A stretch of DNA of 63,973 bases, counting the filler, from Hyphochytrium catenoides (Eukaryota > Protista > Hyphochytriomycota): the NCBI GenBank assembly GCA_900088475.1. It is 7 parts of 7 records of this genome, joined end to end, with 100 filler letters (N's around TTAATTAATTAA, not from the genome) between each part and the next. Parts side by side here need not be neighbours in the genome. Positions count along the whole stretch, not along the records: positions 1 to 12,911 come from FLMG01003341.1; positions 13,012 to 15,422 come from FLMG01001154.1; positions 15,523 to 25,168 come from FLMG01002068.1; 4 more parts are not named here. One strand, written 5' to 3'. Shown here in pieces: positions 11,348 through 24,243 of the stretch. The notes beneath the pieces are model-generated. The model was not told where the DNA came from. It ran no database searches and saw only the letters and a program-made list of their open reading frames with translations. How positions within the stretch are numbered: position 1 is the stretch's first letter; each line of letters opens with the position of its first letter. Both the position numbers and the translations under genes were made by a program.

Positions 11348-12316
11348 GAGAGAGAAAGAAAGAGAGAGAGAGAGAGAGAGGACGCGAGAGAGAGGGAAAG
11401 AGAGAGAGCGAGAGGAAGAGAGGAGATGAGAGAGACAAGGGAGAGAGACACACAGAGAACGAGGGAGAGGAAACGACAAAGAAGAGAGAGGAAGTGGAAG
11501 ATATAAACCGAAGAGAGTTGAGAAGGTACCTGGAGAGAGAAGTGCAAACAACGGCGGTTTGGGCTTCGCCTTCGCTTCTCCTTCGAACACCGTCGTCCCC
11601 TTTTCAAAGCAACGGCGTACAAATAAATTTGCCTCTCGGGCTGCGAGGTTGCTTTCTCTTCTCTTTCTCTCTCTCACTCTCTCTCTCTCTCTCTGCCCTC
11701 TCTCTCTCTCTCTTCGTTTTTACAGTCGTCTACGAAGCTCTTCGTTCTGGTTCAGATTGTCAGTTGGCTTAAGAGGCGACTTCTCGCTTGTACGTCAACC
11801 AGGCTGCTCTGCAGAGAGAAAAGAAATGGAGAGGAACAGAGAGAGAGAGAGAGAGACGCAGAGAGAGAGAGGGAACGTTCAACAGAGAGCCATTGAAGCT
11901 GTACCATAGGGAGGAGAGAACAAACAGGAAAAACTGAGGAGAGAGAGAAAGAACCACCTCACTATCGAAAGAGAAGACAGAGCGGCGAGGCGGAGAAAGG
12001 AAAATATAGAAGCGGAGGAGGAAGGGAGAGAGTCAAGAAAAGACCTTATAGAACGACCTCTTAGCAGAAAATAAAGACAGGCTCTTCTCGTCCCCAACTT
12101 TCATTCTTTCTCTCTCTCTCTCTCTCACTCCCCCTCTCTCTCTCTCTCTCTGTGCTCGCTCTCTTTCTCTTTCCTTTCTTTGTCCCTTTCTTTCCACACC
12201 TTGCCACCACGACTATCCTGTCCACTTAGAACTAAGTGCTCGCTCGCTCCTGCTAACCTGGTCGCCGCTTCTCTTGCCCCTAGCCTCTCCGACAATCAAT
12301 CATCTTTGGCCCTCCC

Positions 12317-12365
<49 letters not shown>

Positions 12366-12400
12366 GCTGTCTCTCTCTGCCTCTGTCTCTCCCCTGTGTC
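9730..12400. repeat. Dense (CT)n/(GA)n simple and cryptic microsatellite field (similar tracts at 1-90, 760-1170, 1360-1690, 14090-14350, 15560-25168, 37300-37680)
   Basis: Long purine-only or pyrimidine-only dinucleotide tracts are directly visible. They produce the many poly-SL and poly-ER pseudo-ORFs in the track. Confidence 0.95.
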
Positions 12401-12911
12401 AGTTCGTCATCAGTTCTCTCTTTTTCCTCTTTTCTCTCTTCCCCTTCGTGTCTTTCTATTCTCCCTCTTCTCCCGATCGCAGAGGAATACCTCTCTGTTT
12501 CTAGAGAAGCCTCCTCCCAAACGAGCAACACTCGATGAGCCTGTCAAACAAGAGAGTGAGCGCTTCAACAGAGAGAGACAGAGAGGTAAGGAGAGGAGGA
12601 AGGGGAAGAAGGGAAGAAGAAGGAGAGACAAAGCGCTGCACAGCGCCCAACACCACCGCATAATATCTATAGGGAGACGTAGCACGAAGACTGAAGAGAA
12701 GAAGCGGTGGTGAGAGCTGCGAAGAGTTGAGATCTCATTGCTGGGAAACCAGGAAGGCTCTTCTCGATCAGCAGGGAACTTCTCGCGTTGGCTTCAGGCC
12801 TCTGGGTCATCAAGAAGGGAGAGAGAGGGAGAGGAAGAGAAAGAGGAAAGAAAGAGAAGGAAGAGGGGAAAGAAGATGTCTTCTCTCTCTTCCTCTCTCG
12901 CCCCAGCTCCT

Positions 12912-13011
12912 NNNNNNNNNNNNNNNNNNNNNNNNNNNNNNNNNNNNNNNNNNNNTTAATTAATTAANNNNNNNNNNNNNNNNNNNNNNNNNNNNNNNNN
13001 NNNNNNNNNNN
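12912..13011. other. Artificial scaffold-concatenation linker (44 N + TTAATTAATTAA + 44 N)
   Basis: Exactly 100 nt, with a core that has stops in all six frames. Identical copies recur five more times. Confidence 0.97.
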
Positions 13012-14292
13012 GTACTTCCAAAGTGTGAGCTGGAAGGGCGACGGCACTTGCTAAGAGGAGCCGTTCTTGGTACAACGCTGAAAATGAAGGAAATAAAAAA
13101 TCGCTTTTCGAGCTCCACTTCCCTTCTACCGCCGCCTGAACCGCCTATGACCTATAATAACCTATGGGTGTTGTCTCTGGGGAGTCCTTTTGGTCGAGGT
13201 TTGAGCATGGCTGGCCGCACTCCTGGCGTTCCTCTACTCCTTATGGACCACTATCTCTTTGATATCAAGAACGAGCAGTCAAGGATGATCACCATAATTA
13301 GCCTTCCTTCCACCTGTTCGTTCTCTTAGCTAGTTCGCTCCTCGGACACACCTTCGCTCCCCTGCTTACTCTTAGCTATCCGTACCCTCTGTACTCTTAT
13401 CGTCATTGGCGACAGTGGAAAACATTGAAGGAAGATGGGGGCTGGGTATGGCCTGACAGTTGAGAAAGACCCTGCTCTTATGTATGAGGGAAGGGTGATG
13501 GACGTGGTTAGAAAGCCCCATCTACTACCTACTACTCTGGGTCCCTTCCTAGTCATTTCTTCTCATTACGTTCTTGTTTGGACCCGTTCTAGCTCAACAA
13601 CCAATGTCCTTCCACGGCTTGGTGTCTCTCCCATCTCGTCGTAGTTACGGCCATGTTCTCCCCTGCTTTAAGTCTCGTCTCTGTGTCGTCTCGACTTCGT
13701 CGGTCGCTCCACACTCCTCACTTCTTCCACTCCACATTCTCAACAGTTATGCTGGGCCAACAAGGAGAAGAGATGGTGATGACACATGGCAACCAAAGAA
13801 GAAGAAGGAGGTGGCGGGAAGTGGGAGTGAACCTGCATATTCCTCTCTCTCTCTCTCTCCTCCGTCCATCACCTTCTTCAGTGCTGTGGTGGCGCTTGAA
13901 CTGTGAGCAGTGCGGGCTTGTGGACCTAACGGAGCCGAATATTCCGAATATGGTGGTCGTAGCTGGTGGTGGAAAGGATATTATACTGGACGTATATGGT
14001 ACTTATTCTCAATCCCAAGGTTTTGATGTGAAACGATGCAGTGGAAGGAGACAGGGGGGACCGACCCACGGTGTTTTTGGCCACATGAAAGAACAGAGAG
14101 AGCAAAAGAGAGAGAGAGAGAGAAAGAGAGAGAGTGGAAGAAAGAATGAGAGAGAGAGTGAAAGAGAGAGTAGCAAAAGAGAAAGAGAGAGAGAGAAGAG
14201 AGAGAGAGGAGGAGAGAGTGAAAGAAAGAATGCGAGAGAGAGTGAAAGAGAGAGTAGAAAAGAGAAAGAGAGAGAGAGAGGGAGAGAGAGAG

Positions 14293-14351
<59 letters not shown>

Positions 14352-15422
14352 AGACTAGGGACTTCCTAAGGTTATGTTGGAAGCATTAGCAAAATGAGAA
14401 TATTTTTTTATAATATCTAAAAACGATGTAGAACTAAAGAACAAAACGCATCATTGCTCTAAAGAACAAGCCCAATTCTTCTTCTTTATCAGAAGAAGAA
14501 AAGCTTGTGAAGAGAAAAATTGATTTATGGGCAGTTTATTGAGCTCCTTTTGTTAGATCTATTTACCAGTGTTCCTCCCTAGGTGGGATGATCTGCCTTC
14601 CTCTACAAAATAGTAATAAGAGAACAATGAAAGGATCTGTTCCCCCAATAGTAGTTCCAAGCTGGTATCTTCCTTGGGACCCAAGGACAAATGCAGCTGC
14701 AGGGTGCTTCTAGCGGTACATAGGCCTTCTTCTAAAGTGACGAGTGGAGGAAGGGCGGCGGGGGCTGAGTTCCTATGGCTCTGTCACCTCAGTTAGTAGT
14801 ACGGAGTAACAAGGATAGAAGGGGCGAGAAAGAGCCAGTGCCTTCTATTTCCATCCTCCCTAGGACCATGGTGGCGTCGCAGAAAGCAGTCTGGAGGGTG
14901 TGGAATGGTCCAAGAGTGATGCATGCGCTCAGTTATGGTCAAAACTTCTTTGGTTTTGGGCACCTTCGTCGCCATCACCTGCAGGCACGGAAGCAGGAAA
15001 AGCCTGTCGTTCCTACGTTCATAAGAGGCGATAATATCTGCATCACTGCGAATCCACAATGATATCCAACAACAGCAGGGTTCTCATCATCAAGTTAGAT
15101 CAAATGTCCTCTTCTCCACAGCAGTGCCGTCGTTAGCGACATCATCTTTCACCTTTCACCATCATCATTCGAGACGAGCTGGTCATTCCTAGTACAAGTA
15201 GTGCTTTAGTTGTCGCCCACAAGCAGTAATCAGTAGCATCACTGAGGCTCTTCTACTACGGATAATATTGTTGATGATTGGTCTCGTAAGTTCTACCACA
15301 TGACCCAACCTCACTACGACTGTTTCCCTTTATGGGCAGGAGGAGGGCAAGCAGTGAAAGAGGGAGCGGACTCTCGTTGTGTCATTGCAAGCTCACGGCG
15401 GGAGGCCGTGGTAACCACCATC

Positions 15423-15522
15423 NNNNNNNNNNNNNNNNNNNNNNNNNNNNNNNNNNNNNNNNNNNNTTAATTAATTAANNNNNNNNNNNNNNNNNNNNNN
15501 NNNNNNNNNNNNNNNNNNNNNN
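15423..15522. other. Artificial scaffold-concatenation linker
   Basis: Same N44-TTAATTAATTAA-N44 structure. Confidence 0.97.
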
Positions 15523-15552
15523 ATACGGAGGCAGCCTCCTCAGGACAGTCAG

Positions 15553-15597
<45 letters not shown>

Positions 15598-16500
15598 TCT
15601 TCCTCTCTTTTTCTCTCCTCTCTTCCATCTGAAAGTAGTCTCTCTCTTCTCTGTCTCTCATCATTATTCTTACACTTTTAATAGATCCTCGTCGCACGCT
15701 ATCGTTAGCAGTCCCTCTCTCTCTTCTCACCTGTCTCTCGTTCCTAAAAAGTTCTTTTCTCTCTCTCTCTTTCTCCTCTCTCTCGGGCACTGATTGCTCT
15801 CCTTCTCTCTTTCGTTAGATTGCGACCAGGGAGGAACCGGTGGACACTCATTTTATATGCTTCACGTGAGCGGGATGAGCTCTCTCTCTCTTTCTCTCTC
15901 TCTCATTGTCTCCGTTTACCCGTTCCTCTTTCCTTAACCATGAGCTTCTCTTCCTGTCACTCCCTTCTCCGTCTCTCGCTTCGCACGCCAGTTGTTCTCT
16001 CTCTTTCCTCCCTCTTTTTCCGTTCTGTCTCTCTCTCTCTCTCTCTCCCTCCGGTGTCTTTATACCCTGCAAATCTGCCTTCTCGCCCTGGCGCTCTTAG
16101 ATTCACATTCTCTCTCATACTCTCTCTCTCGTTCCTAAAGGTTTTCCTCTCTCTCTCTCTGTCTCTCCCCAGTGAACTCTCTCTTTGATTGAACTCTCTC
16201 TTCTGTTTTCCTTCTTATGGTACCTGCTCTTCTCTCTCTCTCTTACATTCTCTTCATCTCTCTCTCTTTTTTTCTAACAGTTTCTCTCTCTCTCTCTCTC
16301 TCTCCCCATTGAACTCTCTCTTCTCTTTTTCTTCTTATGATACCTGCTCTTCTCTCTCTCTCTTACATTCTCTCTCTCTCTCTCTCTCTCTTAGGCATTG
16401 TGACGGTTATCTCTATGAACTGGACGGAAGAAAGAAATCTCCTATAAATCACGGCGAATGCACTAAAGACACAGTGCTAGAGGTACCTTCCAAGCAAAAC

Positions 16501-16532
<32 letters not shown>

Positions 16533-16559
16533 TGGGGGAGAGACAGAGAGAGAGACAGG

Positions 16560-16590
<31 letters not shown>

Positions 16591-16884
16591 GAGAAAGAGT
16601 TCTGAAGGTGGATATTGTCCGCACTTTCTTCCTTCAACTTTTTTTTCTTTCTCACTCTTCGTTTTAGAAGTTCTTACCTCTGCTGTCACTCTCTTTCTAA
16701 CTCTCTCTCTCTCTGTTCTCTCTCCCTCTCTTGTTGTCTCTCTCCCTCTCTTGTTGTCTCTCTCTCTCTCTCTCTCTCTTAGAAATCGTGCGCAGTGATC
16801 GAGCAGTTTATGGCGAGAGACGAGGGAGAGATGCGCTTTACTATTGTCGCCCTAGCCAGAGCCACGGAAGGGGAAGAGAGTTAG
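15523..16884 (+). CDS. UCHL3: Ubiquitin C-terminal hydrolase (peptidase C12, UCH-L3/Yuh1-like), 3' portion; 5' end cut off by scaffold edge
   Basis: Four phase-compatible GT-AG exons (15523-15557, 15819-15865, 16395-16482, 16783-16884) give [89 protein letters not shown]. This contains the UCH catalytic His (HFI) and the LYELDG Asp motif. Confidence 0.9.
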
Positions 16885-17187
16885 AAGTGTCTCTTTATCT
16901 CTCTCTCTCTTTCATTTTGTCTCCTTTGAGCCTTCTCTTCTCGGAGAGAGAGAGAGAGAAAGACTCTACTTGTGCATCTGTTTGGGTAGCCTCTTTCTCT
17001 CTCTCTCTTACGCCTCTCCTTCCACTTTTTCTACCTTCGTCTCCTCTCAGAGCTAAGATACAAAAGAGAACCACTGACTTTTGAGGAGTTTCCCGTCTCT
17101 CTCTCCTTTTTCTCTCTCTCTCTCTCCTCCAACTATCGCTGGGGTGACCTATATCTTCTCTTAGCATTTCACAGGGAGAGAGGTAGA

Positions 17188-17225
<38 letters not shown>

Positions 17226-17506
17226 AAGAAACGGAAGAGGGAGAGAAGAGAGATATTGCAAAAGTGAAGAAGCTGAAAAGATCAGACCAAAGAGACAGAG
17301 AGAGAGAAGAAGTCAGAGAGAGAGAGAGAGAGAGACAAGCGTGCCGCGCGACAGTAAACTGAGGAGAAGCAGTGTGCTCCTCTCCAAGGAGAAAGAGAGA
17401 GAGAAAGAAGAAAGGAAAGGTACGGCAGTTGAGAGAATGAGAGAAAGACCGACACGCACACAATGGAGAGAGAGAGAGAGAGAGAGAGAGAAAATTGTCT
17501 GTTTAT

Positions 17507-18632
17507 TTATGCGATGTTGGCGCCAGTGAGAGAAGGAACAGTGCAGACTCCGGCGCTGGTGGTAAATGGCGCGCCTTTGTATGTGCACACCCTCTTCTCG
17601 TCTGTCTTCAGATCCTGAGAAAGAAAGAGAGAGAGAGAGTGGTTTAGGGAGTTACGTCTTGCGGGAGGGGAGGGAGAGCGAGAGAGAGAGAGGGGAGAAG
17701 AGAAAAGAGATAAATGTATAATGCAGAGAGAGAGAAAAAGACAGGAGAGAATGGGAGAGAGAGAGGAAAGAGAAGGAAAGGCTACAGGGAGGATAAGAGA
17801 CAGAATGGGAGAGGTGATGCAAAGGAATAAAAATATGTGGGAGAGAGAGAAAGAGAGAGGGAACGACGGAAGGACGAAAGACGACAAGGAAAGAGTCCGC
17901 GACAGAAGCTAAGGAGAGAGAGGGACACCGAGAAAGAGACACAACAGGGAGCGAGAGAGAGAGAGATTTGGCAGAGGGAGAGAAGAAGAAAATAAGGGAG
18001 ATGGGCAAAAGGCGAGAAGGACAGGGAAAAAGCGAGGAAGGAAAGAAAAGGAGAGAGGTGACAGACAGAGACTTGGCCTGAAACAAGCAAGAGAACAAAC
18101 GGCAAAAGGAGGAGAGACAGAAGAAGAGGCGGAGACATTGAAGAAGAGAAAGAGAGGGCGTGCGGAGGAAAAGACGTGATAAGAGGGAAAAAATGAGAAT
18201 CATAAAGAGAGAGAGAAGAGAGGAGAAGAAAGAAAGAAAGAGAGAGAGAGGAAGAAAGAAAGAGAGAGAGCGGTGGAAAGAGAGAAAGAGACGGAAAGAA
18301 AGAGAGATAGAAAAAGAAATAAAGAAAGAGAGAGAAAGAAAGAAAGAAAGAGAGAGAGAAAGAAAGAAAGAGAGAGAGAGAGAGAAAGAGAGAGACTTCT
18401 ACCGGGAAGATCGCCGCGGTCATCTTCTTCTTCTCGAGCTGCGCTGGAGTGGCAGCTTCTCCCTCAAATCCTGGGAAGAGAACTCTCTCTCCTACTTTCG
18501 CTCCTGGGGGAGGTTCAACGAACTCGACGGCCGTGTGAGAGGCGTCAGAGGCGCAGAGAACCATTCCGTTCGAAGGGAAACCGCCCAGCTTCTTAGGCTT
18601 TAGATTGCAGAGAACCAGGACCAGACGGTTCT

Positions 18633-18674
<42 letters not shown>

Positions 18675-21124
18675 AGAAGGAAGAGAGAGAGAGAGGGAGA
18701 GAGGGAGGGAAAGAGAGAGAAGAGAAAGTGAGAGAAGAGAGAGAGAGCGAGAGAAGAGAGAGAGAGAGAGAAGGGAAGGGAAGGAGGAACATTGTTAAGA
18801 ATGAGCGGAAGTGAAAGAGAGAGTTAGAGAAAAGGAGAGAGAGAGAGGACGGAAGACAAGGGAAGAGAGACAGAGAGAGATGGAAGGAGAAAGAATGAGG
18901 GTGGGAGAGAGAAAATATATGCGAGAGAATTGCGGAAACTGAGGGAGAGAGAGGGGAAAAAAAGGATATATAATAGGGGGAGCTAGGGGGTAGAGGAGAG
19001 AAAGGATAAAACTAGTCTAGAGAAGAGAGAGAGAGAGAGAAAGAGAGGGCTGGCGGAAGGGGGACGGAAGAGAAAAGAGAGAGACCTACCTCAAGATCGC
19101 TGGGGCTGGCGTAGAATTGTCTCAATCCTGAAGCAATCTGCCGAGGCTGTTCCTCTCCGACATCAATCTCCTCACAATAGAGCCTAACATAAGAGAAAAG
19201 AGAAAGAGAGAGAGAAAGATGGCGGAGGAGGGGGAGAAATAGAGGGTGGGAAAGAGAGAGAAACAGAGAGAAAGAGAGAGAGAGAAGCAGAGAGGAATGG
19301 TTAGTGGTCAGGAAACATGAGATAGAATACCCGGAATATCTCGGAAAGAGGAAGAAAGAGGCGAAAGAGAGAGAGAGTTGCAGAGGCTAATAAGGAACAG
19401 AGGAAGAAAAACATGTCTTCTGAGAGGAGATGCATTGACAAGGTGAGAGAAAGAGAGAGAGAAAGAGAAGCAGACGAGAGACTTGGAACAAAACGGAACA
19501 TCGGAGAACACGGAGGCTTGGACGAGGATACCACGAGGCAGAGGCAAGGTAGGAAGAGTGAAGGAGGTCCAGGAGAGCAAAATTGGAAAAGAGAGAGAGA
19601 GAGAAAAAGAGAAACGGAGAGAGGAAGGAGAGACGTACTTGTCTGAATCAGGGTGATTCCAAGCCTTGACAATCTTCCCCACGCGAATGTCCAGTTTCGA
19701 GACATCGACAACAGAAGTTTCCTCTTTCTTCTCTTCTTTCTTCTCTTTCTTTTCCTTCTTCTCTTTCTTTTCTTTCTTCTCTTCTTTCTTATCCTTCTTC
19801 TCCTCTTTTTTCTCTTTTGACTTCTCCTCTACCTTTTTCTCTTCTTTCTTTCCTACGGCTGCGCCTTTCGCCGAAGCCGCGGTTGAGGCTGGAGGAGAGA
19901 GAGAAAAATAAAGAGAGAATAGGAAACCGTGAGACAGACAGAGAGCAAAGCAAAGAAAACGAGAGAAATAAGAAAGAAGAGAGAAGGAGGGAGAGAGAGA
20001 CGAGAAGGCATCCCCATGTCAAAAAAAGTGGGAAAGAGAGACAGAGGCGTCGGGAGAGTGAAGAGAAGAATGGAAGGAAAAAAAGGAGGAGACAAAGAGG
20101 AACTGCGAGAGAGAGACAGAGAAAGAAAGAGAGAAGACAAGTAAGTCACTTTTTACCGCTAAGAGCTGCTCCTGCAGCGAGAGGATCGACGAGAGAGAGA
20201 GAAGGCGCCTTGGGAAGAGTGGAGACAAGAGGAGGAGCGTTTGCCTTCCCTAAGATTCCAACAGAATGCTGGACCTGATCGAACCTGCAGAGAGAAGCAA
20301 CAGAGAGAGAGAAAAAAAAGAGGAGAAAGAGAGAAAAGATGATGAGGAGAGAGAAGGGTAGAAGAAAAACAAAAGAATAGAGGCAGAGAAGAGGCGCGGG
20401 AAGCGAGAGCGAGAGAGAGATTCGTCTGATAATGGAAGAAGGATAACGAGCACAGAAGGGATAGGAAGATAAAAATGAAGCGCAAGAAAGGGAGAGAATT
20501 GAAGAGAGAGAGAGAGCGAGAGAGAACGTGGCATCTAGAGAAAAATAAAGTACAATGTACACTTTTAGCTCTTCCATGCTTAGACCTCTCTCTCTCCCTC
20601 TCTCTCTCTCTCTCTCATTCTCTCTCTCTCTCGCTCTCTCTCTCCCGCTCTCTCTCTTACGCTTCTTCCCATTGTTGTGCCTGCCTAACTATGTCTTTCT
20701 CTTTCTCTCTCTCTTTGTATCCTTTCTTTCTCCTTACCATCGACAGAAGTTAGGGAATGACCGCAAGCCCTTGGTTCCTAAGGCGGTCTAAAGAGAAAAA
20801 GAGAGTCAGTCTTGACGGGTTTTGCAAGAGAGAAAGGGAGAGAGAGAGAGAGAACGAGACGCAGAAACTAGAGGAGCACCAAGGGAGAGAGACAAAGCAA
20901 AAAATGAGTTAACGACCAGAGTGGAGAGACAGAGAGACAGGGAAGAAAACAGCGATAAGAGGAGCAAGAGAGAGAAAGAAATAGAGACAGAGAGAGAGAG
21001 AGGGCAGAGAGAGAAGAGAGACNNNNNNNNNNNNNNNNNNNNNNNNNNNNNNNNNNNNNNNNNNNNNNNNNNNNNNNNNNNNNNNNNNNNNNNNNNNNNN
21101 NNNNNNNNNNNNNNNNNNNNNNNN

Positions 21125-21161
<37 letters not shown>

Positions 21162-21607
21162 CAGAGAGAGAGAGAAAAAGAGAAAGCGGGCGAGGGAGAG
21201 GGAGAAAGAGGAAGAAGGAGAGAGAGAGAAAGTGAGAGAGAGAGAAGCAGAGAGAAGTAAGGGAGAGAGAGAGATTAAGAGAGAGAGAGAGAGTCAATGG
21301 TGATAGGAGGGAGAGAGGGTTGAGAGAGAGAGAATGAATGAAAGAGAGAAAAGCATAAAGGAGAGAGAGAGAGAGAGAAGAGAGAGAAAAAAAGAGAGAG
21401 AAAAGAGAGGAAGAAGACATATGTATATATAGAGAGATAGGGTCAGAGGTGAAGGGGACGAGAGAAGAGGAACAATGGGAGATCTAAAAAGCAAAAGAGT
21501 TGAAACAGTGGGATGTCCAAAGAGAGAGAGAGAGCAAGAGACAGACAGACAGATTACGACAAGAGCGTTTTTCGGGCGTTTTTGACCAGCTGGGAGGAGG
21601 AAGAGCC

Positions 21608-21674
<67 letters not shown>

Positions 21675-22116
21675 AGAGAGAGAGAGGCATACCTCTGCCT
21701 TTTCAAGCGGTGTCGCTCCAAGAAACTGAGATTCCTTGCCGCTCAGCTATGAGAATCAAAGGAAGGGACGACGTTATTACCGCAGACGGGAAAGGAAAAG
21801 AGAGAAAGAGAAAGTAAGAGTGAGAGAAGAGAGAGAGAGAGCACTCTGTGACGAGAAAAGAGAGAACGAGAACAAAAGAGTATGATCTAAAAGGAGCCGT
21901 GTAAGTCCATGCTAAGGCGCTCTAGGGCTATCCCTTTACCTGCACAACGTAGCGTACAATGGTATTGACCTCTGTGCAGACAACTTTGCTATTGTTGAGC
22001 TTCAGTCGCAGCGGCCCATTGCCTCCAATGGACAGCTGAGCACCGACTAATCCCGCAATAAAGCGGATGCAGTTGGACTCCTGAGAGTCATCTAAGACTA
22101 ATGAAGCCTTGGACAT
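17507..22116 (-). CDS. Arc1p/AIMP1(p43)-like aminoacyl-tRNA synthetase cofactor: N-terminal GST-like domain, Lys/Glu linker, C-terminal EMAP II-like tRNA-binding OB domain
   Basis: Exons 22116-21940, 21746-21693, 20787-20738, 20284-20157, 19888-19639, 19183-19090, 18630-18403, 17614-17507; one or more further exons probably lie in or near the gap at 21023-21124. Motifs: [101 protein letters not shown]. Confidence 0.9.
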
Positions 22117-22541
22117 CCTCAGCAGATAGACAGCAAAAGCCGCTCTTCTATCAGCTCTAAGAGCTCTCTATCTACCAGGCAGCTAGATATAGCCTTCTAG
22201 TGAGGAAGAGAAGGCGATGAAAAGGCCCAGAAATGAGAGAAAATCTTCGTCTGCAGATCTTTTTCTCTGTTGACGAGCCTTTGACTGGCGCTCTGGGCCG
22301 CGATGACCACAAGAAAGAGTGAGAGGGACAACAGAGGGAGAGATACATCACAAAAGAATCAATAGCTGAGTGATATAACTGATAACTGATACTCCTATGT
22401 TGTGATATAGTGTGGAGAGTGGAATCAAAGGGCTTAGGATTATCAACGAAAGAGAATATTTATGATCCTGCTGATTGATTATTTGGGTAGGGTTCTTAGT
22501 TCTTATTGTTCCCTTTCAAGATTTCTCATCTTCCCCTCTCG

Positions 22542-22599
<58 letters not shown>

Positions 22600-22607
<8 letters not shown>

Positions 22608-22740
22608 CTCTCTCGCTCTCTCGGTCTCTCTCTCTCGCTCTCTCGCTCTCTCGCTCTCCCGCTCTCTCGCTCTCTCGCTCTCTCGCTCTCTCGCTCTCTC
22701 GCTCTCTCGCTCTCTCGCTCTCTCGCTCTCTCTCGCCCTC
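22600..22740. repeat. Octameric (CTCTCTCG)n tandem repeat embedded in a (CT)n tract
   Basis: Regular 8-nt periodicity (...tctctcgc tctctcgc...) is visible. Confidence 0.8.
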
Positions 22741-22987
22741 TCCTCGCTCTCTCTCTCTCTCTCTCTCTCCCTCTCTTCCGCTATCTCACCCTCTCCTCCC
22801 CTTCGCTCTCTCCTTTCCCTGTCTCGGTCGCGCGCTCCGTTGCTCCTTTTTGCTGATAACTCGGCTCAGCATCGAATGGGAGACGAGAGAGACCAAGAGA
22901 AAGAAAGAAGCAGCAAACAGTATTTCCTAGTGGCGCGGAGCCGTAAGAGGAAAGTGGAGGTCGGAAGAGAAAAAGGGAGATAGAGAA

Positions 22988-23024
<37 letters not shown>

Positions 23025-23048
23025 NNNNNNNNNNNNNNNNNNNNNNNN

Positions 23049-23420
23049 ATGTTTATCTGGAGAGAGCGCTGACAGTGCCAGAGGGAAGACGATTTCTCCC
23101 TAACTCCATCGGTGAGAGAGAGAGAGAGACAGGAAAAGGAAAAGATAGGCTTCTCGTCTCTCTCCTTCTCTTTCTTTCCTTCCCTCTCTCTTTCTCTTCC
23201 TTTGCCGATTGTTCCTAGTAGTTTTCGATCTCACACTACTCCTCCTCCCCTGCTAAGCTGTGTTCTCCTCCTTTCTTTCTCTATCTCTCTGTGTCTCTCT
23301 CCCTCTGTCTCTCTCTGCCTCTCTCTGCCTCTCTCTCTCTTTCTCTCTGTCTCTGTCTCTCTTTTACTGAGCGCCCCACTTAACGCTTTCCTCGCTCGCT
23401 CTCTTTGTCATTCACTTCGC

Positions 23421-23490
<70 letters not shown>

Positions 23491-23614
23491 CGTCCTCCGC
23501 TCTCGTTCTGTCTGGCTCTGTCATTGGCCGTCTCTCCCTGAAGACGACATAATCATGGATTCTTTGAAGACAGGAGACATTGTTCTCTTCAATCGGAACT
23601 GCCTCATGATGCAG
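23049..23614 (+). CDS. Two exons of an incompletely assembled gene, possibly a permuted papain-like (NlpC/P60, YiiX/YebB-type) protein
   Basis: Exons 23049-23111 (G|GTGAG) and 23544-23614 (CAG|GTTAA) splice in phase to VYLERALTVPEGRRFLPNSIDDIIMDSLKTGDIVLFNRNCLMMQ. LKTGDIVLF resembles the N-terminal strand motif of that family. A possible first exon lies at 22876-22942. Flanked by N gaps. Confidence 0.45.
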
Positions 23615-24195
23615 GTTAAAGACTCTCGCTCTCAGTCTCTCTCCATCTTACTTTCTCTCTCTCTCCAGAACATTTCACCGTTGATGAAGTTCTTCTTCGA
23701 CCGCTTCTTTCTCTTCTCGTTTTCTCTCCTTTTCTCTCTCTGCCCCTTTCTTTTTTTTAGTCTGTTTTCGTCGCTCATTATCTTTTTATCTATGGTCTCT
23801 CTCTCTCTCTCTGGGTCTCTCTCTTTCTCTCTCTTCCCCGCGCTTCTCTTTATCTAAAAGCTCTGCATTCTTTCTCTCTCTCTCTCTCTCTCTCCCTCTT
23901 GACTCTATTGTTTTCCTAAGGTTTCACCTATCCTGGCGCTGTACTCTCTAGTTCTGTCTCATCTCCTGTCCTCCTATATCTCTTTCCCTCTTTGCTAAAT
24001 ATTGCTCTCTCTCAAATTTTCTCTCTCGCTATCTTTCTTATATCATTCTCTCTTTGTCTGTCTCTGTCTCCCTCTCGGTCCCTAATGTCACTCTCTGTTC
24101 TGCTCGCTCGCTCTCTAATATTATCTTTCTCCTTCCTTCCTCTCTCTCTTTCTCTCTCCGCCCCTCTCTCTCTCTCTCCCCTCTCTTTCTCTCCC

Positions 24196-24243
<48 letters not shown>

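Noticed and set aside
12956-12967. TTAATTAATTAA recurring six times (possible repeat, CRISPR-like or piggyBac TTAA signal)
   Set aside because: It is always centred in 44+44 Ns, so it is an artificial six-frame-stop linker.
13012-15422. Short ORFs on scaffold 2 (13048-13329, 13653-14369, 14775-15062)
   Set aside because: No recognisable motifs and no consistent splice chain; the longest is open mainly because it runs into a GA tract.
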